From an uncultured Acidimicrobiaceae bacterium (GTDB lineage: Bacteria; Actinomycetota; Acidimicrobiia; Acidimicrobiales; RAAP-2), in NCBI GenBank assembly GCA_963791455.1, contig CAWBSM010000003.1, positions 575,068-639,067 of the forward strand: a DNA stretch of 64,000 nt. The letters are read 5' to 3'. Of the stretch, positions 18,256 to 26,549 are shown in pieces. The number at the start of each line of letters is the position of its first letter. Within the stretch, counting starts at the first letter, position 1. Under the pieces are notes generated by a model. That model had not been told where the DNA came from, made no database searches, and saw only the letters and a program-made list of their open reading frames with translations. A program made the translations under genes and the position numbers.

Positions 18256-18283
18256 CCCCGCAGAGTCCGGCTAAACTGCGGGG
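18256..18283 (+). terminator. hairpin after the HNH gene
   Basis: CCCCGCAG-12 nt-CTGCGGGG forms an 8-bp stem 28 nt after the stop. No U-tract follows. Confidence 0.5.
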
Positions 18284-18318
18284 GACGGCCACATTGCACA
18301 GCTGAAAGGAGGGCGGTC

Positions 18319-18387
18319 ATGAGCTCAGAACCTCATAGTTGCCAGCCCCCACAGCCGTGCCCCGGCGTCGTTACCCGCCTGTTCTAG
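18319..18387 (+). CDS. 22-codon micro-ORF with a near-perfect SD (possible leader peptide)
   Basis: gAAAGGAGGgcggtcATG, then MSSEPHSCQPPQPCPGVVTRLF*, with the SD 6 nt from the ATG. There is no homology evidence. Confidence 0.3.
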   Translation: MSSEPHSCQPPQPCPGVVTRLF

Positions 18388-18617
18388 CCGCCACCGTTCT
18401 GGCCTAGGTCAGCCGCCCGACGTCGGGGATCCGCAGGTGCGTCCCACCTGTGTTGCCTGCCTTTCCGCAGGTCCTTTCGCCATATTCGACGCACCCCGTC
18501 GGTGCGTCGGTTCCGCTCGACCTTCCCGCATCGAAACGGAGAACCCTTCCCCGGCCGTCTGCTGACTTCGTCCGACGGTCGAAGAAGCGTTCTCCTCGCC
18601 ATTTCCAGGAGACCGTC
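18388..18617 (+). promoter_or_regulatory. structured 5' leader of the NRAMP-related gene (candidate riboswitch/attenuator, class unknown)
   Basis: Hairpins: CCCGACGTCGGG, CAGGTG..CACCTG (with a second competing CCGCAGGT copy), and GACGCACC-ccgtc-GGTGCGTC. CCGTC..GACGG and CTTCG..CGAAG are mutually exclusive. GGAGAAC (18538) pairs with GTTCTCC (18589), whose CTCCT can instead pair with the SD AGGAG (18607). Confidence 0.4.
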
Positions 18618-20267
18618 ATGGAGAACTTCACCCACCTCGCACCACCCGGCCGGGACGTCGCCGTCCTCGACGACGCCCATGTCGGTCACATCAATGGGGC
18701 CCTGGGCACGATCAAGTACGGCGACACCGCAGCTCGCCCGAAGATGTCGCTCAAGTTCAAGACGTTGCTCGCCATCGTCGGGCCGGGGCTCATCGTCATG
18801 GTCGGCGACAACGACGCCGGCGCATTCTCGACTTACGGCCAGGCCGGCCAGAATTTCGGCACGCACCTCATGTGGACGCTCGGCCTCCTCATCCCGGTGC
18901 TCTACGTCTGCCAGGACATGGTGCTGCGCCTCGGTGCCGTCACCGGCGTGGGCCACGCCCGACTGATCCTCGAGCGCTTTGGGAAGTTCTGGGGTGCGTT
19001 CAGCGTCATCGACTTGTTCCTGCTGAACGCGCTGACCATCGTGACAGAGTTCATAGGGATCTCCTTGGCGGTCTCCTACCTGGGGCTGCCCAAGGTCCCC
19101 GCGGTGATCGTCGCTGCCGTGGCCATCGTCGGTGCCGTCAGCACCGGGAGCTTCCGGCGTTTCGAGCGGCTCTGTCTGATGCTCGTCGCCGGATCACTCT
19201 TACTCATTCCCATCGCCCTCATGGTGCATCCGCCGATCGGTCAGGTCGCCCACGACTTCGTCGTGCCGCGCATCCCCCACGGAGCAGCCCTGTCCTCGGT
19301 CATGCTGCTGGTCATCGGCATCGTCGGCACCACGGTCGCGCCCTGGCAGCTGTTCTTCCAGCAGTCCTACATCATCGACAAGCGGATCACTCCCCGCTGG
19401 ATCAATTACGAGCGCGTCGACCTCGTGATCGGGATCGCTTTGGTGATCATCGGTGGGGTGGCGATCATGGGCTTCACTTCGGCCGCCTTCACCCACACGC
19501 CCGGCTTCGGAAACTTCACCGACGCCGGAGGGGTCGCTCGGGGCCTGGCCACGTACGTGTCGCGCACCGTTGGTGACCTGTTCGCTATCGCCCTGATCGA
19601 CGCCGCCATTATCGGTGCGGCCGCTGCGGGACTCGCGACGGCGTATGCCACCAGTGACGTGATGAACCAGAAGCACTCGTTGCACCGCCCCGTGACTCAG
19701 GCCAAGGGGTTCTACGCCTGTTACGCCGCCCTCATCGGACTGGCCGCCACCCTCGTATTGATTCCCCAGGTGCCGCTCGGTCTGCTCACCCTCGGCGTGC
19801 AGGTCCTGGCCGGCGTCCTCTTGCCCAGCGCCGTGGTCTTCTTGGCGATCCTGTGCAACGACAAGGCCGTACTCGGGCCGTGGGTCAACGGCAAGAAGCT
19901 GAACATTGTGACCGGGGTGATCATCTGGGTCCTCGTGATCCTGTCCGTCATCCTCACCGCCAGCGTCCTGTTCCCCGCCATCACGGGTTCGCAGATCCTC
20001 GCCGTCATGGCCGTCGGAACGGTCGGCGGCCTGGTCCTTGGCGCCTACATGCTGATCCAGGCCCGTCGACACCGCCACGACGTCACGGTGGACGACGTGC
20101 TCGCCGAGACCATGAATCGTGACACCTGGCGGATGCCGCCCCTCGCCCGCCTCGAGCGTCCGGTGATGTCCCGGCAGCGCAAGATCGGGCTCATGGCGTT
20201 GCGCGGCTACCTGGTCGTTGCGCTGATCCTCGTCATCGTGAAGATCGTCGAAGTCGCGATCAAGTAA
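18618..20267 (+). CDS. NRAMP-family transporter with non-canonical metal-binding motifs (NRMT-like)
   Basis: Track ORF 18450..20267. ATG 18618 sits behind aggag. TM1 reads VGDNDAGAF where the canonical motif is DPGN. TM6 reads GTTVAPWQ where the canonical motif is GA(T)xMPHN. It has about 11 to 12 TM segments plus an extra C-terminal helix. Confidence 0.88.
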   Translation: MENFTHLAPPGRDVAVLDDAHVGHINGALGTIKYGDTAARPKMSLKFKTLLAIVGPGLIVMVGDNDAGAFSTYGQAGQNFGTHLMWTLGLLIPVLYVCQDMVLRLGAVTGVGHARLILERFGKFWGAFSVIDLFLLNALTIVTEFIGISLAVSYLGLPKVPAVIVAAVAIVGAVSTGSFRRFERLCLMLVAGSLLLIPIALMVHPPIGQVAHDFVVPRIPHGAALSSVMLLVIGIVGTTVAPWQLFFQQSYIIDKRITPRWINYERVDLVIGIALVIIGGVAIMGFTSAAFTHTPGFGNFTDAGGVARGLATYVSRTVGDLFAIALIDAAIIGAAAAGLATAYATSDVMNQKHSLHRPVTQAKGFYACYAALIGLAATLVLIPQVPLGLLTLGVQVLAGVLLPSAVVFLAILCNDKAVLGPWVNGKKLNIVTGVIIWVLVILSVILTASVLFPAITGSQILAVMAVGTVGGLVLGAYMLIQARRHRHDVTVDDVLAETMNRDTWRMPPLARLERPVMSRQRKIGLMALRGYLVVALILVIVKIVEVAIK

Positions 20268-20273
20268 TGGGTC

Positions 20274-21317
20274 TCACCCATCTGCCTCGCGGCGCGCATC
20301 GCCGGCCCGCCGCCGGTTGGCCTCCCATTGTCCTCGGGTGAAATAGCTCTGGTCCTCGCCCCAGCCTTCGACCCCGTCGTTCCAGCGCCAGTGGACCAAC
20401 GAGTCCCCGCCGTTCCCACGCCAATGTCGGCTCACCGCCTCGCCGCGCACCGACAAGCGGCGGCCGAACTCGTCCACCGCCTCGATCGCGAAGGTCAGCG
20501 GCCAGCCGGTGGCCGGATCGAAAGTGAGCCTGCGCTCCCCGGCCAGGATGTGCCCGTACTCGCCGCCGCGAAGCAGGAACCCGCACGTCACCGGTTCAAC
20601 GTCTGGACGAGGGACGGCGTAGGCCAGCCAGGCCTCGCCCGGCCCCGACGCACAGAAGGAGTAGCCCACGCCGCCGAGGTTGCTCGGTCCGGAACCACTC
20701 TCGCTCGGCCGACGCTTCGGGCGACCCTGAGGCCTTGGTCCCCACGAGCGGTCGCGCACAGAGAAGCAGTCGATCACGACCTCCTCGCCGCGCAGCACCA
20801 TCGTTCCGGTGACGCGGCCCGCCTGGTCGAAATGGGCACCCTTCAGGAAGGGCACGACCCCGGTCGGGTGCGGGTTGGGCGCCATGATCGCCTCGAACTC
20901 GAGTTCCAATTCGAGGCCACCGGGATCTGAATACGTCACGACGTAGCGCGCCAGCGGCTCGAGCACACGCACATGTACGCCGTTCGGCCACTCGAAGTCA
21001 CGCATGTCGCGCTCGAGGCGCGGTGGGAGCTGGAGCCCCGAGTACTCGGCGCGGTACGGCAGCTCCCACTGATAGGACGCGCCGTCATCCCATACCCACG
21101 CCCCGCCGTTGCAGAGGTGCGCGTTGGGCCGGGCTTGACAGTACGTCCAGCCACCGAGCTTGCGCTCGGGCACGTTCCAGGAGAACCAACACGTCTCGGT
21201 CTCCCACCAGCGGTCCGACATCTCTTCGTCGTGGAAGTCATCATCCTCGGGGTGGATGTCCCGGTAGGCGCGCTCGGCCCGACGGAGGTCGAGGTCGACC
21301 CCGAAGAGCTGGCTCAT
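20274..21317 (-). CDS. uncharacterised protein, CrtC/AttH-like (paralog of 32634..33605)
   Basis: Track ORF 20274..21398. ATG 21317 overlaps the kinase stop (ATGA). Sequence: MSQLFGVDLD...RWWETETCWFSWNVPERKLGGW...FSVRDRSWGPR. It is alignable by eye with the product of 32634. Confidence 0.8.
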   Translation of the reverse strand: MSQLFGVDLDLRRAERAYRDIHPEDDDFHDEEMSDRWWETETCWFSWNVPERKLGGWTYCQARPNAHLCNGGAWVWDDGASYQWELPYRAEYSGLQLPPRLERDMRDFEWPNGVHVRVLEPLARYVVTYSDPGGLELELEFEAIMAPNPHPTGVVPFLKGAHFDQAGRVTGTMVLRGEEVVIDCFSVRDRSWGPRPQGRPKRRPSESGSGPSNLGGVGYSFCASGPGEAWLAYAVPRPDVEPVTCGFLLRGGEYGHILAGERRLTFDPATGWPLTFAIEAVDEFGRRLSVRGEAVSRHWRGNGGDSLVHWRWNDGVEGWGEDQSYFTRGQWEANRRRAGDARREADG

Positions 21318-22708
21318 CGCAGGTCCGGCCAGTGCCGGTCCGCTAGCGCCCCCATCGATGGACGGGCCAGCTCCGTCTCTCGGGCGGCGCGACGCCACAG
21401 CGTGCGCAGGTAGTCGTCGTCGCTCACGGTGCCATCCGCGACCCCGGCCGCAACGTCCGCCCTCCCGACGCTGAGCGATTCGGGCCGCCGACCCAACAGC
21501 GCTTCCAGGTCGTCGAGCTCACAGGCATCGTAGAAGGCCCCGTACGTGTCGACCCGCGCCAGGTATTTGACGATGCGAGCGATCCCTTTGCCACGCGCCT
21601 GGGCCAAGGGGTCCGGCGTGCTTGGCACGATGACCTCCCGCAGCTGGGCCAATACGGCCTCGTACATCCAGTCGTGGTCGTACCGGTCGCGGGCCCGAAG
21701 GTCCTCGGCCGGAGTCAGTTCCAGGCCGGAGCCTCGAGCCAGAGCCTCGAGCCAGAGCCGGCGGTGCAGAAGCTGGTAGATGAAGGCATTGCCCAGGTCG
21801 CGTCCGCCGGGGTCTCCGTTGGCGTCGGCCTCGAGCGCGTCGCCCTCGTCCCCGCCACGCCGGTGGGTCATCACCTGGAGCTTCGTCTCGGCCATCACTT
21901 GGTAGTAGTGCACCCGCGCCTCGTCGATGGCGTTGCCCGACAGCTCCTCGTACTCGCGCAGCCGGGTCGGGAAGTCGGGAAACGGCTCCTGGGTCGCCCG
22001 CAGTGACAGCCACGCGATGTCGTCCATGGGGTCACCCAAGTGGGCCAGTTCCCAGTCAACGACGGCAGTGACCCGACCGCCCGAGTACATGAAGTTTCCC
22101 GGCCCGGTGTCGCCCTGCACCAACACGGGCGGCCCGTCGTAAGGAGGAATGTGGCGGCGCAGCCAGCGGAGGGAGAACGCGAGGGCTGGGTCCGGCGTAC
22201 CGCCCCGGTCGGCGAGTACCCGGTCCCACTCGTCGAGCTCCGCGTGCACGGCGTCGGCCACGGTCGTGACCGAAGGGAATGCGGGCAGGCACAACGTAGA
22301 CGCGTGGAGTCCGTGTAGTGCTGCCAACTTCGTCATGAAGTCGCGTGCCGTCGCCTCCCGCTCGGCCGCGTTCGAGATGCGGGAGAACCAGTTCCCCCCG
22401 CCTATCCGTTCGGACAGCATCGCCTGGTGTACCGGGTGCACGCCGAGCACGCGGGGTACCGGAACGGGGCCGTCCTGCAGCGCCAAGTACACCGTGGCCT
22501 CGCGATGCAGTGTCCAGGGGTCCTTCGTCCGAGACGGGTCGGAGCGGTCGTAGCGCAAGAAGCACTGCGACACGGTCCCGTCGGGCCGTTCGAGGTCGAC
22601 GTACCAGGCCTCTTTACGGGCGCCACCGGGCTGGCGGTCGGCCAGCGTTATGCGGCCGCCGCCCACCTCTTCGACCCACGACATGACGTCATCGGGCAGG
22701 GTACTCAC
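21314..22708 (-). CDS. phosphotransferase (APH/choline-kinase fold) with a ~160-aa helical C-terminal extension
   Basis: Has VLVQGDTGPGNFMYSGGRVTAVVDWELAHLGDPMDDIAWL (HxDxxxxN-type loop plus DWE). I prefer GTG 22708 behind ggag. ATG 22684 and the track start 22786 are alternatives. Confidence 0.85.
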   Translation of the reverse strand: MSTLPDDVMSWVEEVGGGRITLADRQPGGARKEAWYVDLERPDGTVSQCFLRYDRSDPSRTKDPWTLHREATVYLALQDGPVPVPRVLGVHPVHQAMLSERIGGGNWFSRISNAAEREATARDFMTKLAALHGLHASTLCLPAFPSVTTVADAVHAELDEWDRVLADRGGTPDPALAFSLRWLRRHIPPYDGPPVLVQGDTGPGNFMYSGGRVTAVVDWELAHLGDPMDDIAWLSLRATQEPFPDFPTRLREYEELSGNAIDEARVHYYQVMAETKLQVMTHRRGGDEGDALEADANGDPGGRDLGNAFIYQLLHRRLWLEALARGSGLELTPAEDLRARDRYDHDWMYEAVLAQLREVIVPSTPDPLAQARGKGIARIVKYLARVDTYGAFYDACELDDLEALLGRRPESLSVGRADVAAGVADGTVSDDDYLRTLWRRAARETELARPSMGALADRHWPDLR

Positions 22709-22736
22709 CCCAACTCCACGGTCCCAAACGACCACG

Positions 22737-24290
22737 TCACACGATGCGCGTCGAGTGGTCGGCCCAGTACTGCTCTCGGAGGACACCCTTGTAGAGCTTC
22801 CCTGTGGGCAAGCGCGGAAGCTCGTCGACGAAATCCACCGTGCGGGGGCACTTGAAGTGGGCGAGATGCTCGCGGCAGAACGCGATGAGCTGACGCTCGA
22901 GGTCCTCGTCGCCCGTCACCCCCTCCACGGGCTGCACGACGGCCTTGACCTCCTCGCCCAGGTCGTCGTTGGGCACGCCGATGACGGCCGCATCGAGGAC
23001 GGCGGGGTGCGTCACCAACAGGTTCTCGGTCTCCTGGGGGTAGATGTTCACCCCGCCCGAGATGATCATGTGCGCCTTGCGGTCGGTCAAAAAGAGATAG
23101 CCGTCCGAGTCCAAGTATCCGACATCGCCGACCGTGCTGGTCTTGCCACCGTCCCGCCTGGAGCTCGCGGTCTTCTCGGGATCACCGAAGTACTCGAAGT
23201 CGGTGGCGCCGGCGAACCAGACCGTCCCGGGAGTGCCGACCGGACACGGGTGACCGTCGTCGTCGAGGATGCGCACCTCGCTGAGGACTCCTCGGCCGAC
23301 GGAGCCCTTGTGCGCCAGCCAGTCCTCGGAGGTGATGAAGGTGGCGCCATTGCCCTCGGTCGCCGCGTAGTACTCCAGCAGGATGGGGCCGAACCACTCG
23401 ATCATCTGTTCCTTCACCGGCACAGGGCACGGCGCGGCGGCGTGGATGATGACCTCCAACGACGACACGTCCGCCGCCGTTCTGACCTCAAGTGGCAGCT
23501 TCAACATGCGGGTGAACATGGTCGGGACGACCTGGGAATGCGTGACCCGGTAGCGGTCCACGAGCTCGAGATACAGCTCCGGGTCGAAGTGCTCCATCAC
23601 GATCACCGTCGACTTCATCCGCAGCGCAATGGCGACGCTGACCTGCGGGGCCGTGTGGTAGAGCGGCGCCGGCGACAGGTACACCATGTTGTCCCGGAAG
23701 CGCCACAACATCGCGACGCCCACGATCCCCATGCTGTTCTCCGCGGGGTGGATGTCGAACATGGGGCGGAGAATGCCTTTGGGTCGCCCCGTCGTCCCCG
23801 ACGAATACATCATGGGGGCACCCAACTGTTCATCCGCCACATGATCCGTTGGCTGTCCTCCGACGACCTCTTCGAACGCTTCGAACGGGCCGCCGGGATC
23901 TCCGTCGGTGTTCGTCATGATCCAGCGTTCCACCTTGGGGCACAGCGCCGGGAGCTGTTGGGCCACCTCCGCCTTGGCCGACGACGTCACGACCACCCGA
24001 GACCGGGAGTCGTTGACGACGTAGGCCACCTCCTCGGCCGAGAGGTACGAGTTGACCGGGGTGAAGTACAACCCCGTACGTTCCGCCCCCGCCTCGGTGA
24101 CCAGCATGGCGGGGTCGTTCTCCATGAAGATCGCCATGTGGTCGTTGCCGCGTAAGCCGGTCTCCCGGACGAGGTGGGCCACCTGGTTGGCCGCCGCCTC
24201 GTACTGGGCGAACGTCAGGACCCGTCCCGAGGGCGCCATGACGATTGCCGGCTGGTCCGGATGCTGCGCCGCGTTTTCAGCTGCGTACAT
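22737..24290 (-). CDS. acyl-CoA synthetase (AMP-binding, FadD-like)
   Basis: Has MMYSSGTTGRPKGI (AMP-binding motif), GDVGYLDSDGYLFLTDRK and PTGKLYK. Confidence 0.93.
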   Translation of the reverse strand: MYAAENAAQHPDQPAIVMAPSGRVLTFAQYEAAANQVAHLVRETGLRGNDHMAIFMENDPAMLVTEAGAERTGLYFTPVNSYLSAEEVAYVVNDSRSRVVVTSSAKAEVAQQLPALCPKVERWIMTNTDGDPGGPFEAFEEVVGGQPTDHVADEQLGAPMMYSSGTTGRPKGILRPMFDIHPAENSMGIVGVAMLWRFRDNMVYLSPAPLYHTAPQVSVAIALRMKSTVIVMEHFDPELYLELVDRYRVTHSQVVPTMFTRMLKLPLEVRTAADVSSLEVIIHAAAPCPVPVKEQMIEWFGPILLEYYAATEGNGATFITSEDWLAHKGSVGRGVLSEVRILDDDGHPCPVGTPGTVWFAGATDFEYFGDPEKTASSRRDGGKTSTVGDVGYLDSDGYLFLTDRKAHMIISGGVNIYPQETENLLVTHPAVLDAAVIGVPNDDLGEEVKAVVQPVEGVTGDEDLERQLIAFCREHLAHFKCPRTVDFVDELPRLPTGKLYKGVLREQYWADHSTRIV

Positions 24291-24299
24291 CGTCGCCCC

Positions 24300-25532
24300 C
24301 TATCTGCGCGCGCCCAAGCACGAGTAGAGCACGTCCACCAGGGAGGCGCCCATGAGCGGGAGCGCCTGGTCCTCCAGGTGATTTCGTACGAAGCCGCAGG
24401 CGACGCGGGCCGCGGGATCGGCGAAGCCGATCTGGCCCCCGGCCCCCAAGTGCCCGAAGGCTCCCTCGTTCGGCCCGTGCATGGGGGGCACACCGGGGAC
24501 GAGCGCCGGCGGTTCGAGCGAGTAGCCGACGGCCCACCGGGTGGGCACGCCCATGACCGCGTCGCGCCCGCACACCTGCTCCGTCCGGAATCGCTCCACG
24601 GAGGCCCGCGACACGAGCTCCTCCCCGGCGGCCAGCGAGGCGTAGACCCGGGCCAGCGCGCGCGCCGTGCCGGTGGCGCCCAAGGCGCCGATCTCGGCGC
24701 CGAGCACGGCGGGGGTATTCATGAAGGTGGCGAAGCGGGGACGGCCCGCCTCGTCGGCGAAGAGGCTCCCGTGCGCCCCGGCCAGGACCGAGCGCCCGGA
24801 CTTCGACGCGGAGTCGATGGCCCCGAGCGCGCTCTCCTTTCCGGGTCGGACCGGGAAGTCCATGACCGTCGCCACGCTCGGGAGCACCGGCGCCGGCGTC
24901 CCGATGGAGCAGGCCACCTCCAACGGCAGCGCGACTTCGGCCTCGAAGAACGAGCCGAGACTCGTGCCACTGATCCGCCGCACCAGCTCCCCCACGAGCC
25001 AGCCGAAGGTCACGCCGTGGTAGCCGTGCCGTGTCCCCGGCTCCCAGGCGGGCGCCGCCGTGGCCAGCACCTCCGCAATGGCCACGGTGTCGTCCCAACC
25101 GCGGCCGTCCCACGACAACAGCTCGTCGGACCCCGGCAGGCCAATGGCACCCGACTGGTGGCTCAGCAACTGGCGCACGGTGGTGTGCTCCTTGCCCGCG
25201 CACCCGAACTCGGGCCAGTAGCGCACGACGGGCGCATCGAGGTCGAGCTCGCCCCTGTCCTCGAGGAGGTGCGCACAGAGCGTCGTGAGCCCCTTGGTCG
25301 ACGACATCACGACCGCCCGGGTGTCCTGGGACCACGTTCGGCCCGAACCGGCCGACCCGGCCCACACGTCGACCACACACTCGCCGTCGACGAAGGCACA
25401 GAACGCGCCACCCCCATCGCCAAGATCGGCACGACGTTCCCGCTCGCCGACCACGATCGACGCCCCGTGCCCCAGCGTCTCGGCCACCCTTTCGAAGCCC
25501 GGCGCAGCGAAACCGCGCACGACCGGGCTCAC
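24300..25532 (-). CDS. serine hydrolase (class C beta-lactamase/EstB-like esterase family)
   Basis: Has VVMSSTKGLTTL (SxxK). The GTG 25532 start overlaps the upstream stop (GTGA). Track ORF is 24300..25583. Confidence 0.88.
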   Translation of the reverse strand: MSPVVRGFAAPGFERVAETLGHGASIVVGERERRADLGDGGGAFCAFVDGECVVDVWAGSAGSGRTWSQDTRAVVMSSTKGLTTLCAHLLEDRGELDLDAPVVRYWPEFGCAGKEHTTVRQLLSHQSGAIGLPGSDELLSWDGRGWDDTVAIAEVLATAAPAWEPGTRHGYHGVTFGWLVGELVRRISGTSLGSFFEAEVALPLEVACSIGTPAPVLPSVATVMDFPVRPGKESALGAIDSASKSGRSVLAGAHGSLFADEAGRPRFATFMNTPAVLGAEIGALGATGTARALARVYASLAAGEELVSRASVERFRTEQVCGRDAVMGVPTRWAVGYSLEPPALVPGVPPMHGPNEGAFGHLGAGGQIGFADPAARVACGFVRNHLEDQALPLMGASLVDVLYSCLGARR

Positions 25533-26539
25533 AAGGCGCGTAGCTCCTGCTCCACCTCGGGCCACCACTCCTTGCGCCACCACGAGACGTTGATCCGGTC
25601 GACCAGCCCGCCGTAACGGGTACGGACCTCACCGGCCAGCCGGTCGGGCGGGCACACGATGGTAAGGGTGTCGAGCACCTCGTCGTCGACGAGGTGCGCC
25701 ATCTCCTCCCAGCGCCCGCTCTTCGAACATGCGTAGAGGTCGCGCTGCAGGTCGCCCCAGCCGTGGAGGTCGAGGACGGGACGGTAGGCGGGGGTCGAGG
25801 CGTAGTAGCCGACCTGGCGGCGCATGGCGTCGCGTGCCTTCTCCGTCTTCGACTCGTCCTCGACCACCGAGATGAAGCCCGGGCACGTCACCTGGACCGC
25901 TCCCCGTTGGCGCCCGGACGTCGCCAGCCCCCGTTCCTGGGCGGGGACGATTACCTCGCGCAGGTAGCGCGCCGAGCAGATGCCGTGTGTGATGACGCCG
26001 TCCGCCACCTCGCCGGCCACCTCGTTCATGCGAGGACCGACGGCGGCCAGGAAGACCCGGGGCGGCCCGAAGGCGTGTGGTCGCGGTGCGAACACCGGGG
26101 TCATCAGCGTGTGGGTGTAGAACTCGCCCTCGAAGTCCGGACCCGCCGCACCGTCGGCGTCGTTCCACGAGGACCAGATGGCACGGAGCGCCAACACGAA
26201 CTCCCGCATCCGCGCCGCGGGGTGCGACCACGTCGAGCTGAAGCGCCGCTCGATGTGCCGTCGCACCTGCGAGCCCATCCCGAGCACCAGCCGACCGCCC
26301 GAGTACTCCTGCAGCTGGTTGGTCGTGTACGCCAGGCTCATCGGGTTCCGGGCGAACGCGATGGCGACGCCGGTGGCGAGCGACACCGAGGACGAGTGCT
26401 CCGCCGCCAGCGTCAGAGACAGGAACGGGTCGTTGGTCGTCTCCGCCACCCACACGCAGTCCAGCCGGGCCGACTCGGCGGCCCCCACCCGGTCGGCCAC
26501 CGACGTGAGCTCGGCCCCGAGGCCGGTATCGATCTTCAC
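25529..26539 (-). CDS. LLM-class, probably F420-dependent oxidoreductase
   Basis: MKIDTGLGAELTSVADRVGAAESARLDCVWVAETTNDPFLSLTLAAEHS...LGMGSQVRRHIERRF. It is a paralog of 49631..50668. Confidence 0.9.
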   Translation of the reverse strand: MKIDTGLGAELTSVADRVGAAESARLDCVWVAETTNDPFLSLTLAAEHSSSVSLATGVAIAFARNPMSLAYTTNQLQEYSGGRLVLGMGSQVRRHIERRFSSTWSHPAARMREFVLALRAIWSSWNDADGAAGPDFEGEFYTHTLMTPVFAPRPHAFGPPRVFLAAVGPRMNEVAGEVADGVITHGICSARYLREVIVPAQERGLATSGRQRGAVQVTCPGFISVVEDESKTEKARDAMRRQVGYYASTPAYRPVLDLHGWGDLQRDLYACSKSGRWEEMAHLVDDEVLDTLTIVCPPDRLAGEVRTRYGGLVDRINVSWWRKEWWPEVEQELRAL

Positions 26540-26549
26540 GGTCTCCCCC

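Noticed and set aside
17071-18300. Terminal inverted or direct repeats that would define the DUF222/HNH gene as a discrete mobile element
   Set aside because: I compared the flanks by eye and found no convincing repeats or target-site duplication.
18319-18345. tRNA-like D-arm string AGCTCAGAAC
   Set aside because: No acceptor stem, anticodon arm or GGTTCGAATCC-type T-arm can be built around it.
18400-18420. M-box (ykoK) riboswitch call for the NRAMP leader
   Set aside because: Only CTAGGTCAGCC loosely resembles the conserved TTAGGTGAGGC. I could not find the other conserved M-box blocks (GCTAAAGCTCTAC and so on), so I kept it as a structured leader of unknown class.
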